A DNA stretch of 64,000 nt from Acidaminococcales bacterium (GCA_031551525.1 JAVBNN010000030.1:4107-68106), one strand, 5' to 3'. Shown: positions 29,250 to 40,246, counted from the stretch's first letter. Notes: generated by a model from the letters alone, not told the origin. Numbers and translations: made by a program.

Positions 29250-30350
29250 ATGGAAGGGAAAAAGACGCCCCTTTATCAAACACACGTTGAGGCGGGCGCG
29301 AAAATCGTGGAGTTCGGCGGCTGGCTGATGCCGGTGCAGTATAGCGGCATCATAGAAGAACACCATGCCGTCAGGAAAAAAGCCGGTCTGTTTGATGTTT
29401 CGCATATGGGCGAATTTAGCGTTAAAGGAAAAGACGCTCTGGCTTTTTTGCAAAAAGTCGTTACCAATGATGTCGGCGCCATGGATGAAGGGCAGGTACA
29501 ATATACGCCGATGTGTTATCCTGACGGCGGTACGGTGGATGACCTTTTGATCTATAAGATTGCTGACGGGCACTACTTTTTGGTAGTAAACGCTGGCAAC
29601 ATGGAAAAGGACTGGGGCTGGCTGAATGATAACAAAGAAGGTTTTTCCGTGGAACTGGAAAACCTTTCCGAGCAGACCGCCCTTTTGGCTTTGCAGGGGC
29701 CATTGGCGGAAAAAATTCTGGGTACACTTACTGCGGCAGAGTTGCCGGAAGTGGGCTATTACCGCTTTTTGACAGCAGCACAGGTGGCGGGCGCCAGTGT
29801 TATGCTGTCAAGGACGGGCTATACCGGGGAAGACGGCTTTGAGATATATTGCCGCAATGATGATGTTGTACCGCTTTGGCACGCCATTTTGGAGGCAGGC
29901 GCGTCGGACGGCATATTGCCAGCCGGGCTCGGCTGCCGGGATACGTTGCGTTTTGAGGCCTGCCTGCCGCTGTACGGCCATGAACTGTCGCCGGAAATAA
30001 CACCGGTCGAAGCGGGGATAGGTATGTTTGTCAAACCCGATAAAGGTGATTTTACCGGCAAGGAAGTTCTGGCCGCGCAAAAAAAAGACGGCGTTAGTCG
30101 CCGCATAGCCGGATTCGCTATGGTCGACCGAGGGATCGCCCGCGCCGATTATCCGGTGCTGGTGGATGGAAAAGTTATCGGCTGGGTTACGACCGGTTCG
30201 GTGGCGCCTACTGTGGGCAAAAACCTTGGCCTGGCTCTTATCGCCAAAGAATACGGCCAGCCCGGACAGGCCATAAACATAGAAATTCGCGGAAAGCTGG
30301 CGGCGGCGGAAATTATCGCCAAGCCATTCTACAAAAGAGAGGGGAAATAA
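29250..30350 (+). CDS. gcvT: glycine cleavage system aminomethyltransferase T
   Basis: KTPLY, FGGWLMPVQY, GLFDVSHMGE, RTGYTGEDGFEI, GLGCRDTLRFEA; RBS GAGGAGG. Confidence 0.97.
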   Translation: MEGKKTPLYQTHVEAGAKIVEFGGWLMPVQYSGIIEEHHAVRKKAGLFDVSHMGEFSVKGKDALAFLQKVVTNDVGAMDEGQVQYTPMCYPDGGTVDDLLIYKIADGHYFLVVNAGNMEKDWGWLNDNKEGFSVELENLSEQTALLALQGPLAEKILGTLTAAELPEVGYYRFLTAAQVAGASVMLSRTGYTGEDGFEIYCRNDDVVPLWHAILEAGASDGILPAGLGCRDTLRFEACLPLYGHELSPEITPVEAGIGMFVKPDKGDFTGKEVLAAQKKDGVSRRIAGFAMVDRGIARADYPVLVDGKVIGWVTTGSVAPTVGKNLGLALIAKEYGQPGQAINIEIRGKLAAAEIIAKPFYKREGK

Positions 30351-30352
30351 AC

Positions 30353-30742
30353 ATGAACACACCTAAAGAACTGAAATACTCCAAAGACCACGAGTGGGTC
30401 AGGGTAGAAGGCAATACAGCCACTATCGGCATCACGGATTTTGCCCAGTCGCAACTGGGCGACGTAGTATTTGTCGATTTGCCGGAAGCGGGCCGTGTAA
30501 TCGAAAAAGGCAAAGAGTTTGCCGTAGTCGAATCGGTAAAAGCGGTATCTGACATTTATGCCCCGGTAAGCGGCGTGGTCAAAGATGTAAACGGCAAGCT
30601 GGCCGACGCTCCGGAAACTATCAATCAGGATGCTTATGGCGAAGGCTGGATAGTCGTAGTGGAAATGCAACCGGAGGAAGACCTGTCGGATCTTTTGGAC
30701 GATGCCGCATACGGGGAGTTTTGTGAAAAGGAGGGGCATTGA
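30353..30742 (+). CDS. gcvH: glycine cleavage system H protein
   Basis: YSKDHEWV, GITDFAQ..LGD, VESVKAVSD lipoyl-lysine motif. Confidence 0.97.
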   Translation: MNTPKELKYSKDHEWVRVEGNTATIGITDFAQSQLGDVVFVDLPEAGRVIEKGKEFAVVESVKAVSDIYAPVSGVVKDVNGKLADAPETINQDAYGEGWIVVVEMQPEEDLSDLLDDAAYGEFCEKEGH

Positions 30743-32079
30743 TGGGTTGGAGCTATTTACCCCATACCGGTGAAGACCGGCAGGCCATGCTGGACACTAT
30801 CGGTGCGGCCAATGTACGGGAGCTGTTTTCGGATGTGCCGGACAATCTTCTGTTTAACCGGCCACTGGACTTACCGGAGAAAATGGATGAAGCTGCCCTT
30901 TTAAAACATTTAGGCGAATTGGCGGCTAAAAATGCGAACTTTCGCGAATATGTCTGTTTTTTGGGCGCCGGTGCTTATGACCATTATGTGCCGGTGGTTA
31001 TAGACAGCATACTCAGCCGCTCGGAATTTTATACCGCCTACACCCAGTACCAGCCGGAAGTTTCACAAGGCTATCTGCAGGCGTTGTGGGAATATCAGAG
31101 CATGATTGCATCGCTCACCGGTATGCAAGTGGCCAATGCGTCCATGTACGATGGAGGTACTGCTATGGCCGAAGCCGCTATGATGGCCGCTGCGCAAACC
31201 AAGCGTGCAAATCTGGTGGTAGCCAAGGCCGTGCACCCGCACTATCGGACGATACTGGGCACTTATGCCCGCGACCTGGATCTTTCGGTCATTGAAGCGG
31301 GATACACCGACGGAGCCACCTCTCTGGTGGACGAAGTAAATGAAAATACGGCTGCCCTTATTATACAAAGTCCGAATTTTTTTGGCTGTGTGGAAGACGT
31401 AAAAAAACTGGCCGAAGCGGCGCATGCCAAAGGGGCGCTCCTCATCGTGGTGGCCGACCCGGTAGCGCTGGGCCTTCTTGCCGCACCGGGTGTGCTGGGC
31501 GCGGATATAGTGGTTGGCGAAGGTCAGCCGTTGGGTATTGCGGCAAGCTTTGGCGGGCCGGGAGTAGGTTTTTTTGCCAGCACGGAAAAACTTATGCGCA
31601 AAATGCCCGGACGTATTGTCGGTCAAACTACTGATATAGAGGGAAAACGCGGTTTTGTGCTGACCTTGCAGGCGCGCGAGCAACATATAAGACGGGAAAA
31701 AGCTAATTCCAACATTTGCTCCAATCAGGCCTTGTGCGCGTTAGCGGCGGCCGTTTACATGAGTGCCGTGGGCAAAGCGGGGTTGGGCACAATAGCTGCC
31801 CTGTCGCTCCAAAAAGCGCACTATGCGGCGGAAAAACTGGCCGCGCTGCCGGGATGCGAATTGTTGTTTAAAGCGCCCTTCTTTAAGGAGTTTGTCATAA
31901 AACTGCCTAAAACGGTGACGGAAGTCAACAAGCAGTTACTAAAAGACAGGATTATCGGCGGGTTGGACTTGGGTGGATACTATCCCGAACTGTCCGATTG
32001 CATGCTGGTTTGCGTAACGGAAAACCGGAGCAAAGAAGATATCGATGACCTGGCCGGGAGATTGGGGGCGCTGCTATGA
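30742..32079 (+). CDS. gcvPA: glycine dehydrogenase subunit 1
   Basis: [50 protein letters not shown]. Confidence 0.97.
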   Translation: MGWSYLPHTGEDRQAMLDTIGAANVRELFSDVPDNLLFNRPLDLPEKMDEAALLKHLGELAAKNANFREYVCFLGAGAYDHYVPVVIDSILSRSEFYTAYTQYQPEVSQGYLQALWEYQSMIASLTGMQVANASMYDGGTAMAEAAMMAAAQTKRANLVVAKAVHPHYRTILGTYARDLDLSVIEAGYTDGATSLVDEVNENTAALIIQSPNFFGCVEDVKKLAEAAHAKGALLIVVADPVALGLLAAPGVLGADIVVGEGQPLGIAASFGGPGVGFFASTEKLMRKMPGRIVGQTTDIEGKRGFVLTLQAREQHIRREKANSNICSNQALCALAAAVYMSAVGKAGLGTIAALSLQKAHYAAEKLAALPGCELLFKAPFFKEFVIKLPKTVTEVNKQLLKDRIIGGLDLGGYYPELSDCMLVCVTENRSKEDIDDLAGRLGALL

Positions 32080-33548
32080 AACAAGAAAAAGCTCTGGTCT
32101 TTGAACTCAGCCGCCCTGGGCGCGTCGCGGTAGACCTTCCCGCATGTGATGTGCCGGAGAGAAAACTTACGGAATTTCTGCCGCCCGCTTTTTTACGTGA
32201 ACAGGCGCCGGAGTTGCCGGAACTCAGCCAGCTTGACCTGGTGCGCCACTATACCAACCTTTCCCAGCGCAATTTTGGTCTGGATGCCGGATTTTATCCT
32301 CTAGGCTCCTGCACTATGAAGTACAATCCTAAAATCAACGAAGTTGCCAGCCGTCTGCCGGGCTTTGCGCTGGCGCATCCCTTGCAGCCGGAAGAGCTGT
32401 CGCAAGGTGTACTCGGACTGCTTTATGATATGCAGCGCTACCTGGTGGAGATTGCCGGTATGGACGCAGTTAGCTTGCAGCCGGCGGCGGGGGCGCACGG
32501 CGAACTGACCGGACTCAAACTGATAAAAGCTTACCACCGCCACAGAAGCGACCTGCGCACCAAAGTGATCGTACCCGACTCTGCGCATGGCACCAACCCG
32601 GCTACTGCCACGGTCTGCGGCCTTGAAACAGTGGAAATAAAATCTTTCCCGGACGGGTCGATAGACCTCGATGCCTTGAAAAACGCTGTGGGTAAAGATA
32701 CTGCGGCACTTATGCTTACTAATCCAAGCACCCTCGGATTGTTTGAAAGCAATATTAAAGAGATTGCCGATATCGTGCACCAGGCGGGCGGACTTTTGTA
32801 CTATGACGGCGCTAACGCCAACGCCATCATGGGTTTGGTGCGGCCTGGCGATATGGGTTTTGACGTGGTGCATTTCAACTTGCACAAGACATTCAGTACT
32901 CCACACGGCGGTGGTGGTCCGGGCTCCGGGCCGATCGGCGTGAAAAATGCGCTGGAGCCGTTCTTGCCAGCGCCAGTCGTCAAAAAAGAGGGAAACAACT
33001 ATTCGTTCGACGATGACCGTCCTTTGTCTATCGGGCGGGTACATGCTTTTAACGGCAATTTCGGTGTGATCGTGCGTGCCTATGCCTATATACGGGCTAT
33101 GGGCGGGGACGGACTGAAACAGGCCAGCGAGGATGCAGTTTTAAATGCCAATTATTGCTTGAGCCGTCTGAAAGAGGCTTTTGATTCGCCGTTTGACCGC
33201 TATTGTATGCATGAATGCGTACTAACCTCCAAAAAGCAAAAAGAATTTGGCGTAAAGACCCTTGACATAGCCAAACGTTTGCTGGATTATGGCTATCATC
33301 CGCCGACCATTTATTTTCCGTTGATCGTAGAGGAGGCTTTGATGATAGAACCGACGGAGACGGAAAGCAAGGAAACGCTGGACGGCTTTATAGGCGCAAT
33401 GCTGGAAATAGCAAAAGAAGCGGCCAGTGAGCCGGATACAGTAAAAAGTGCACCTCACACCACGGTGGTGCGCCGACTGGACGAAGCGACCGCGGCGCGA
33501 AAACCGGTGGTCAGATGGCATGGGCGGAATGACGATGGAGGTAAGTGA
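32076..33548 (+). CDS. gcvPB: glycine dehydrogenase subunit 2
   Basis: [51 protein letters not shown]. Confidence 0.97.
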   Translation: MKQEKALVFELSRPGRVAVDLPACDVPERKLTEFLPPAFLREQAPELPELSQLDLVRHYTNLSQRNFGLDAGFYPLGSCTMKYNPKINEVASRLPGFALAHPLQPEELSQGVLGLLYDMQRYLVEIAGMDAVSLQPAAGAHGELTGLKLIKAYHRHRSDLRTKVIVPDSAHGTNPATATVCGLETVEIKSFPDGSIDLDALKNAVGKDTAALMLTNPSTLGLFESNIKEIADIVHQAGGLLYYDGANANAIMGLVRPGDMGFDVVHFNLHKTFSTPHGGGGPGSGPIGVKNALEPFLPAPVVKKEGNNYSFDDDRPLSIGRVHAFNGNFGVIVRAYAYIRAMGGDGLKQASEDAVLNANYCLSRLKEAFDSPFDRYCMHECVLTSKKQKEFGVKTLDIAKRLLDYGYHPPTIYFPLIVEEALMIEPTETESKETLDGFIGAMLEIAKEAASEPDTVKSAPHTTVVRRLDEATAARKPVVRWHGRNDDGGK

Positions 33549-34948
33549 TGGAATATGATGTCGCCGTGATCGGTGGCGGGCCTGGCGGCTATGTGGCAGC
33601 GATACGCGCAGCCCAACTGGGCGCTAAAACAGTGCTCATCGAAGAAGGTGATCTTGGCGGCACTTGCCTTAACCGGGGCTGCGTGCCGACCAAAGCGCTG
33701 CTTGATAGCGCCGCTAAATGGCGCGATTTGAAAAACTGCGCGGAATTTGGCCTGTCGGCGGGGGGGATTTCTTATGATTTTTCCGCCGTTATGCGCCGCA
33801 AGCAAAAAGTAGTGAATCAGTTGCGCGCCGGTATAGCTAGTCTGGTTAAGTCTAACGGCATACAGCTCTTAAAGGGGCGAGCCAGGCTGGCCGGCGATAA
33901 AAAGATAAAGATAAGCACAGCCACGGGGCTAGAAGAAGTAACGGCCGCCAATATTATAATCGCCACCGGTTCAAAACCGGCCAAGCCGCCTATCCCGGGC
34001 AGCGAATTACCCGGTGTAGTGGACAGCGACGGGCTTTTACATATGGAAAAAATGCCAGCGAGCGTCGTAATAGTCGGTGGCGGCGTAGTTGGACTGGAAT
34101 TTGCAGTTTTTTTGCAATCTTTTGGCTGTCAGGTAACGGTAGTGGAGTTGCTGTCCTCCATATTGCCGGGAGTGGATCGAGATATAGTGAACCGTCTGGG
34201 CGCATCTTTAAAAAAACAGGGGATCAAGCTCCTTATTTCCGCTAAAGTAAAAGAGTTCCGTCCTAATGGCAGCGGCGTGGAAATTTTACTGGAAGACGCC
34301 AGGGAAGAACAGGTGCTGGCTGCGGAGAAAGTGCTTATGGCGACCGGGCGGATCCCGGTGCTGGAAGACCTAGGACTTGCAGAAGCTGGTGTGACTTTTG
34401 GTAAAAAGGGGATAGAAGTAGATCGCCGCATGCAAACAAATATCAGCGGCATTTATGCAGTGGGTGACGTGACAGGGCGGCTGCAACTAGCGCATGCCGC
34501 ATCCGGCGCGGGTATGGTGGCGGCAGAAAATGCCTGTGGCAAAGAAGCTGTCATGGATTTTGACAACATCCCCGCCTGTATTTTTACCGCACCGGAGGTG
34601 GCTTGTGTGGGGCTGACCGAACAGCAGGCGGTGGAAGCCGGACTGCCGGTGGCTGTATCGAGGATGAATTTTGCCGGCAACTGCAAGGCGGTATCGCTCG
34701 GCGAGACAGAAGGGTTTGTCAAGATGGTAGTCCATAAAGATAACGGTGTAGTGCTTGGTCTGCATATCATGGGGCCTCATGCCAGCGACCTTATCATGGA
34801 AGGGACTGTGGCGGTTGTACATAAACTTACCGCGGGAGAACTGGCTCATACCATACACCCGCATCCGACCCTTAGCGAAGCGGTGATGGAGTGCGCGCAC
34901 GGGGTATTTGGCAACCCGATACATCAGGTAAAAATAGGCAAACGATAA
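33545..34948 (+). CDS. lpdA: dihydrolipoyl dehydrogenase
   Basis: [38 protein letters not shown]. Confidence 0.96.
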   Translation: MMEYDVAVIGGGPGGYVAAIRAAQLGAKTVLIEEGDLGGTCLNRGCVPTKALLDSAAKWRDLKNCAEFGLSAGGISYDFSAVMRRKQKVVNQLRAGIASLVKSNGIQLLKGRARLAGDKKIKISTATGLEEVTAANIIIATGSKPAKPPIPGSELPGVVDSDGLLHMEKMPASVVIVGGGVVGLEFAVFLQSFGCQVTVVELLSSILPGVDRDIVNRLGASLKKQGIKLLISAKVKEFRPNGSGVEILLEDAREEQVLAAEKVLMATGRIPVLEDLGLAEAGVTFGKKGIEVDRRMQTNISGIYAVGDVTGRLQLAHAASGAGMVAAENACGKEAVMDFDNIPACIFTAPEVACVGLTEQQAVEAGLPVAVSRMNFAGNCKAVSLGETEGFVKMVVHKDNGVVLGLHIMGPHASDLIMEGTVAVVHKLTAGELAHTIHPHPTLSEAVMECAHGVFGNPIHQVKIGKR

Positions 34949-34953
34949 AACAA

Positions 34954-34988
34954 CGGCGGTTCTTGATAAATAAAGAATCGCCGCTTTC
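34954..34988 (+). terminator. terminator of the gcv operon
   Basis: CGGCGGTTCTT...AAGAATCGCCG-CTTT. Confidence 0.7.
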
Positions 34989-35101
34989 TATTTATAGAAA
35001 ATAAAGATATAATATATAGCAAGAAAAAATTTTGAAAAAACGAAAAACTTAGTATTGATTTTGGGATATTTTGTCGATATTAATATGCAGGGGTGTTGGC
35101 T

Positions 35102-35551
35102 ATGACAGAGACACTACGAAAACTATTTGTTTTTTTCGAACAAATCCCGTATGGTTCAGTGATTGTAGATTTTCTGCAAGGTTTTCCTCCGGCTTTAGCG
35201 GCCGCCGGCTTTGTGATAGGTTTTTTCGTTGCGTCAGACCTTTTTGCCGCAAGAGGCAAACGGCAGATGAAAGCTGTGGATGGTCTTTGCACCTGGAGCA
35301 ATTATGCGAGTTTTTTGTTTTGCGTATTATTGGCGATATATATCTTGTATACTGACACAAACCAGCTGTTGCACTACTTTTTGTCGCTGGTGGCCGGTGC
35401 CATAGTGTGCAATTGTTTGCAAGCGGTTTTATCATGGTTTGGTTGGCTGGGTTGGATTATAGCTGTCGTTCTTGCGCTGTCTTCGGGTTTTGTCTCTGGT
35501 TTTGTCGCATGGCTTTATTATAAAGGTGCTTTGTTAAAACAGTTGCTGTAA
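35102..35551 (+). CDS. hypothetical integral membrane protein
   Basis: about four hydrophobic segments; RBS GCAGGGGTG; ends 19 nt before pgaC. Confidence 0.7.
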   Translation: MTETLRKLFVFFEQIPYGSVIVDFLQGFPPALAAAGFVIGFFVASDLFAARGKRQMKAVDGLCTWSNYASFLFCVLLAIYILYTDTNQLLHYFLSLVAGAIVCNCLQAVLSWFGWLGWIIAVVLALSSGFVSGFVAWLYYKGALLKQLL

Positions 35552-35570
35552 AATTTCAGGAGGCCATGGC

Positions 35571-37322
35571 ATGACGGCAATTTTTACCGATGTAATGCTC
35601 TGGATAGGGACATATGTGTTCTACTATCCTGTGGTTATGAGCTTGACCTGGGTTATTGGCGGGCTGTTTTTCTACTTTCGGCAGGAAAAAGGAAAAGCGG
35701 ACTTTCCTAAACTGCGCTACGCGCCCATGGTCTCCGTGCTGATCCCGGCGCGCAATGAAGCCGGGCAACTCGAAGAAACCGTGAAAGCTGTTGTGGAATC
35801 GGAATATCCCAACCTTGAAATCATCATCATCAATGATGCCAGTATTGACGGCACGGCTGAAATAGCCGACAGCTTATCGCGGCAACACGAAATGGTGCGC
35901 GTGTTGCATCTAAAACAAAACATGGGGAAAGCCAACGGTATGAACAATGCTTTTCTTATGAGCACAGGCGAAGTTATTGTTACGATAGACGCAGATTGTA
36001 TAATTGATAAACCGGCTATTTATTGGATAGCCTGGCATTTTATCAATTTTCCTAGGGCGGGCGCGGTCACCGGTAATCCTCACGTCAGGAACAGGACGTC
36101 CCTGCTGGCGCAACTGCAGACCGCGGAATATACGAGTGTTATAGGACTTATCAAGCGGGCACAGCGCATTTTAGGAAAACTTCTGACGATTTCCGGCGTT
36201 ATTGGAGCTTTTCGGAGAGAAGCATTGGTTGACGTAGGTTTTTGGAGCTTCGACATGGTCACCGAGGATATAGATATTACGTGGAAGCTGGAAAAACGCT
36301 TTTGGGACATACGGTATGAAGCTAACGCAGTAGGCTGGATACTAGTGCCGGAAACGCTTTCCGGGCTGTGGGGGCAGCGGTTGCGCTGGGCGCAAGGGAG
36401 CATTGAGGCAATAAGAAGGCACCGTGATGTTTGGACGGATTGGCGCCAGAGGCGTATTTGGCCTGTTTATATTGATTACCTGCTCAGTATTTTTTGGAGC
36501 TGTTCTTTTTTGCTTATAGCTGTTTACTGGCTCTGGGCTTTTTTCACCGGCAGAAACGATGGAGTATTTGCCAGTTGGAACGGCTGTATGGTGGCGCTGG
36601 CCTGCCTTATACAGTTCGCGGCCAGCATCTGTATTGATATGCGGTATGACCATAAGATATTGCCCACGTATTTTTGGGTGATCTGGTACCCGGTTTTTTA
36701 CTGGATGTTCAATGCTTTTGCTACCATTTGTGCTTTGCCGAAAGGCCTGAGTAAAAAATTTGGACAGACCTCTTTGTGGGTCAGCCCTGACCGGGGAATA
36801 TTGCAGCGCAAAAGGGTTTTTTCAGGAAAACACAGAAATAAACTTATAAACGACCAGGAAAAACTGCCGGAAGTAAGGAAAAAAACCGAGTGGACAATAA
36901 AGCTGTTTTTCAGTTTTATCCTTACCTTGTTTACGATAATGACAACTATCTCTCTGTGGAGTTTGACGGGGATATATCTTTACGAACATCTTTTTTCCCG
37001 ACAGTATTTCGAGCAGACGGTGGAAGTGATTTTATTTATGCTGATGTTGTCGGCAACAGTGTTTGTAGCTATGTATCTTTGGCAGCAATATAACTTAAGG
37101 GTGTTTGGTTTCCGGGGACGCAGAAAATTTCCCCAGCCGGTATCGGACGAAAAACTGGCGAGTATATATAGCACAACAGTAGATGTTCTGCAAAATCTGC
37201 GCCTGGCCCAAAAAGTCCATATGGAATATGGCGCGCCTGATAACGGAGGTGCCGGCTTGTATATAGTTATGGATGAAAAGGGCCGAAGTATGAATTTTGG
37301 GCCGCCTGTTGTCAAGGAATAG
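35571..37322 (+). CDS. pgaC: poly-beta-1,6-GlcNAc synthase PgaC fused to a PgaD-like C-terminal domain
   Basis: LIPARNE, INDAS, GKA, IDAD, AVTGNP, TEDID, QRLRWAQG, PgaC end motif WVSPDRG, then two TMs and WQQYN.RVF..RR...VSDEKLA (PgaD-like). Confidence 0.88.
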   Translation: MTAIFTDVMLWIGTYVFYYPVVMSLTWVIGGLFFYFRQEKGKADFPKLRYAPMVSVLIPARNEAGQLEETVKAVVESEYPNLEIIIINDASIDGTAEIADSLSRQHEMVRVLHLKQNMGKANGMNNAFLMSTGEVIVTIDADCIIDKPAIYWIAWHFINFPRAGAVTGNPHVRNRTSLLAQLQTAEYTSVIGLIKRAQRILGKLLTISGVIGAFRREALVDVGFWSFDMVTEDIDITWKLEKRFWDIRYEANAVGWILVPETLSGLWGQRLRWAQGSIEAIRRHRDVWTDWRQRRIWPVYIDYLLSIFWSCSFLLIAVYWLWAFFTGRNDGVFASWNGCMVALACLIQFAASICIDMRYDHKILPTYFWVIWYPVFYWMFNAFATICALPKGLSKKFGQTSLWVSPDRGILQRKRVFSGKHRNKLINDQEKLPEVRKKTEWTIKLFFSFILTLFTIMTTISLWSLTGIYLYEHLFSRQYFEQTVEVILFMLMLSATVFVAMYLWQQYNLRVFGFRGRRKFPQPVSDEKLASIYSTTVDVLQNLRLAQKVHMEYGAPDNGGAGLYIVMDEKGRSMNFGPPVVKE

Positions 37323-37446
37323 AAATGCGCAATCGTATAAAACCGGCAAAAAGAGCCTGAATGCGGGGAAATGACGCTTATGATACATCATGTTTTATTA
37401 AAGCAGGATACACAGGACAAAACCGGTGCTTACAACCACAAATATC

Positions 37447-37475
37447 TTGACGTAAAGGGGTGCTTGTGATAGTTT
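37447..37475 (+). promoter_or_regulatory. sigmaA-type promoter upstream of the porin-led operon
   Basis: TTGACG-N17-TAGTTT with extended -10 TG. Confidence 0.5.
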
Positions 37476-37644
37476 ATATATACAACTTGTGCGAATAACG
37501 ACTAAAAATGTTATGTTTTACCATACAGATTTGCCTGTATTGTTACTGAAACACAAATAACTGAACTCCAAAAACTATCTGTAAATTGAAATGATTAGTA
37601 TTCTAATGGACGGGATATCCTTTATCAGGATGGTGAAACACGAA

Positions 37645-38847
37645 ATGGACAAAACTTTGAAAGTGTTACTGGCAAGCGTCTTTACTGTTTTTATCACTGT
37701 TTATGCTGCAAGTGGTATTTGGGTAAATGTGGCTAAAGCCGCTCCGCTCAGTGGCGGCATGTCGGATGACGGGATGCGTGCGGCAGATGTACATCAGGGT
37801 GCGGGCGGCGCGGCAACTCCCAGTGAGTCTACCGCCAACATGCCCAATACAGGGGCATCTGCTAACACGGGGGGCGCAACATCCCCAAATCAGCCGTATG
37901 ACAAAAAAAGCACACCTCATTCCCCGCTTATCGACCGGGAGACTTATGATGCCCTGATCAGCGATCCGTCTATGATCGGACGAGTCAAAGGTATCACAGA
38001 CGCGGAAGACAGATTTCGTGTATTTGGCGAGATCCGCTACCACTACGCGTCTGGTAGCGGCAGTCCGCGGTACGACCGGGATCAATCGGGTATACGTCTT
38101 TATTTCGGTGTGGCTGCTCCGCTGGGAAAAGGGTGGAGCCTGTATGCTATGGGGGAACAGCATATAGATATATTAAACTACGATAATGGAACAGATTTTT
38201 CCCGCTGGTATGTGACCGGGCCGTTAGGAGTAGGCACGGCCTGGGGTGGTAAATTTGGCTATCTGATGGCAGAAGGCAATATTTATGACAGCGGTTTTGA
38301 AGGCGTAAGGTTCCGTGCGGGGGATCCTGTCACCTATACTTTGGCTTATGGCCAAACTAATGCCAGTGACAGCACAGTGGTAGCTACCGCACGCTATAAG
38401 GCAATGGACTATGACCTCGAAGCGGGCATATACAACTATGACATTGGCTATGGCGATGGACGCAATAATACCATAGTGAGCCTGGGCGGTAATTATCACT
38501 TCAGCAATATATCTGTTGGGGCCATGTATCTGGGAGCCAGTTTGGGAGACGCAGAAGGCAATAAAAATGGCTATGTGCTGAGTTTGGGTTATGGCAACTT
38601 CAAGAGCTGGATGGCTCGCAGCTATGGCTTGTTCTTCAAGTACTACGATCAACCGCAACACACATATATTGCCCACGGTATGAATGGCTGGGGCCCATAT
38701 ATGCAAGGTTTTAAAGGCTATGGCGTGGGTTTGTACTATAGTTTCTACAGTAATGTTGTCGGCAGCCTTGAGTATTATGATCTGGACGACAAGATAACCG
38801 GCGAAAACGGTAAGCGTATCTGGACGAGCGTCAGTTATTATTTTTAA
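37645..38847 (+). CDS. outer-membrane beta-barrel (OmpM-like porin lacking SLH domain)
   Basis: signal peptide ending AKA; low-complexity Ser/Thr/Gly/Pro linker; FGEIRYHY then amphipathic Tyr/Gly-rich strands; C-terminal VSYYF. Confidence 0.75.
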   Translation: MDKTLKVLLASVFTVFITVYAASGIWVNVAKAAPLSGGMSDDGMRAADVHQGAGGAATPSESTANMPNTGASANTGGATSPNQPYDKKSTPHSPLIDRETYDALISDPSMIGRVKGITDAEDRFRVFGEIRYHYASGSGSPRYDRDQSGIRLYFGVAAPLGKGWSLYAMGEQHIDILNYDNGTDFSRWYVTGPLGVGTAWGGKFGYLMAEGNIYDSGFEGVRFRAGDPVTYTLAYGQTNASDSTVVATARYKAMDYDLEAGIYNYDIGYGDGRNNTIVSLGGNYHFSNISVGAMYLGASLGDAEGNKNGYVLSLGYGNFKSWMARSYGLFFKYYDQPQHTYIAHGMNGWGPYMQGFKGYGVGLYYSFYSNVVGSLEYYDLDDKITGENGKRIWTSVSYYF

Positions 38848-38900
38848 AGTAAGATTTTTAGTGGTGTCAAAGGAATTTTTGAAAAGGCGATGCTATTTTT

Positions 38901-40229
38901 ATGAAACTAAATGTTTACGAAGCCGTAAAAAATAAAAAAGATTATCTGGCTGTTGTCGGCCTTGGTTATGTAGGTTTGCCGCTGGCCGTCGCTTTTGCCG
39001 ACAAAGTAAAGACTATAGGCTTTGACGTCAATAAGGAAAAAGTAGCTACGTACAGGAAGGGAATAGATCCCACCCAGGAAATCGGCGATGAAAAAATACA
39101 ACAAACGTCTTTGAAGTTTACTACTGATCCGACCAGCCTTAAAAAAGCCCGGGTGATTATCGTTGCTGTACCGACACCGATCAATGAAGACAAGACACCT
39201 AATCTTGTTCCGGTGATAAGCGCCAGTGAGCTTGTTGGTAAAAATCTCGCCCAGGGAAGCATCGTAGTATTTGAATCTACTGTGTACCCAGGTGTGACCG
39301 AAGATGTTTGCGTTCCTATTTTGGAGAAAGCGTCGGGCCTAAAATGCGGCAAAGATTTTAAAATCGCCTACTCTCCTGAACGTATCAATCCCGGCGATAA
39401 GGTGCACCGCCTTGAGAACATAAAAAAAATAGTCTCCGGCATGGATAAAGAGACCCTTGAGAATGTGGCGGCTATTTATGAATTGGTAATAGAGGCTGGC
39501 GTGTATAAGGCGGCTACTATAAAAGTGGCCGAGGCGGCTAAGCTGGTGGAAAACGCCCAACGCGATATCAATATCGCGTTCATCAATGAACTGGCCATGA
39601 CATTTGACCGGATGGGCATAAACACTAAAGACGTCATAGAGGCGATGAACACAAAGTGGAACGCTTTAGGCTTTTATCCTGGACTGGTAGGCGGCCACTG
39701 TATCGGTGTAGACCCTTATTACTTTATTTATAAAGCTGAAATACTCGGCTACCACTCACAGATAATAGCGGCCGGTCGTAAGGTCAACGATGGTATGCCG
39801 GTGTTTGTGGCCGAGAGCATCATCAAAAAGATGATCCAAGCTAAAAAAGATGTGAATAAAGCCAATATATATGTTCTGGGCGCTACATTTAAAGAAAACT
39901 GCCCGGATATCCGCAACTCCAAGGCCATGGAAGTAGTGCGACATCTGGCTACTTATGGCATAAAAGTAAAGATCGTGGATCCGGCAGTTGATAAAGCCGA
40001 ATACGCCAGTGAATATGATTTTCCGCTGATCGGGTTAAAAGATGTAAAAAATGCTGATTGCCTGATCTTTTTGGTGGCGCACGATGAATTTGCCGCTATG
40101 GGCATGAAGGATATTGCCGCTTTGTTTAGGCCCAAAAAAGCGGGAGAAAAAAATGTATTGATAGATGTAAAAAGTATGTTTGATCCAAAAACGATAGAAG
40201 GGCAGGGCTACTCTTACTGGAGCCTGTAA
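38901..40229 (+). CDS. nucleotide-sugar 6-dehydrogenase, TviB/WbpO (UDP-HexNAc) type
   Basis: VGLGYVGLP, AVPTP, ESTVYPG, SPERINPGD, ENAQRDINIAF, GLVGGHCIGVDPYY, TFKENCPDIRNS. Confidence 0.92.
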   Translation: MKLNVYEAVKNKKDYLAVVGLGYVGLPLAVAFADKVKTIGFDVNKEKVATYRKGIDPTQEIGDEKIQQTSLKFTTDPTSLKKARVIIVAVPTPINEDKTPNLVPVISASELVGKNLAQGSIVVFESTVYPGVTEDVCVPILEKASGLKCGKDFKIAYSPERINPGDKVHRLENIKKIVSGMDKETLENVAAIYELVIEAGVYKAATIKVAEAAKLVENAQRDINIAFINELAMTFDRMGINTKDVIEAMNTKWNALGFYPGLVGGHCIGVDPYYFIYKAEILGYHSQIIAAGRKVNDGMPVFVAESIIKKMIQAKKDVNKANIYVLGATFKENCPDIRNSKAMEVVRHLATYGIKVKIVDPAVDKAEYASEYDFPLIGLKDVKNADCLIFLVAHDEFAAMGMKDIAALFRPKKAGEKNVLIDVKSMFDPKTIEGQGYSYWSL

Positions 40230-40246
40230 TAGTGCCGGGGGTTTAC

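Noticed and set aside
37323-37644. Long intergenic region before the porin, examined for a c-di-GMP riboswitch or small RNA
   Set aside because: No GEMM-type GGCAAA...GACGCAAAGC pattern or strong conserved hairpins were seen; only a sigmaA-like promoter. An Rfam scan would be decisive.
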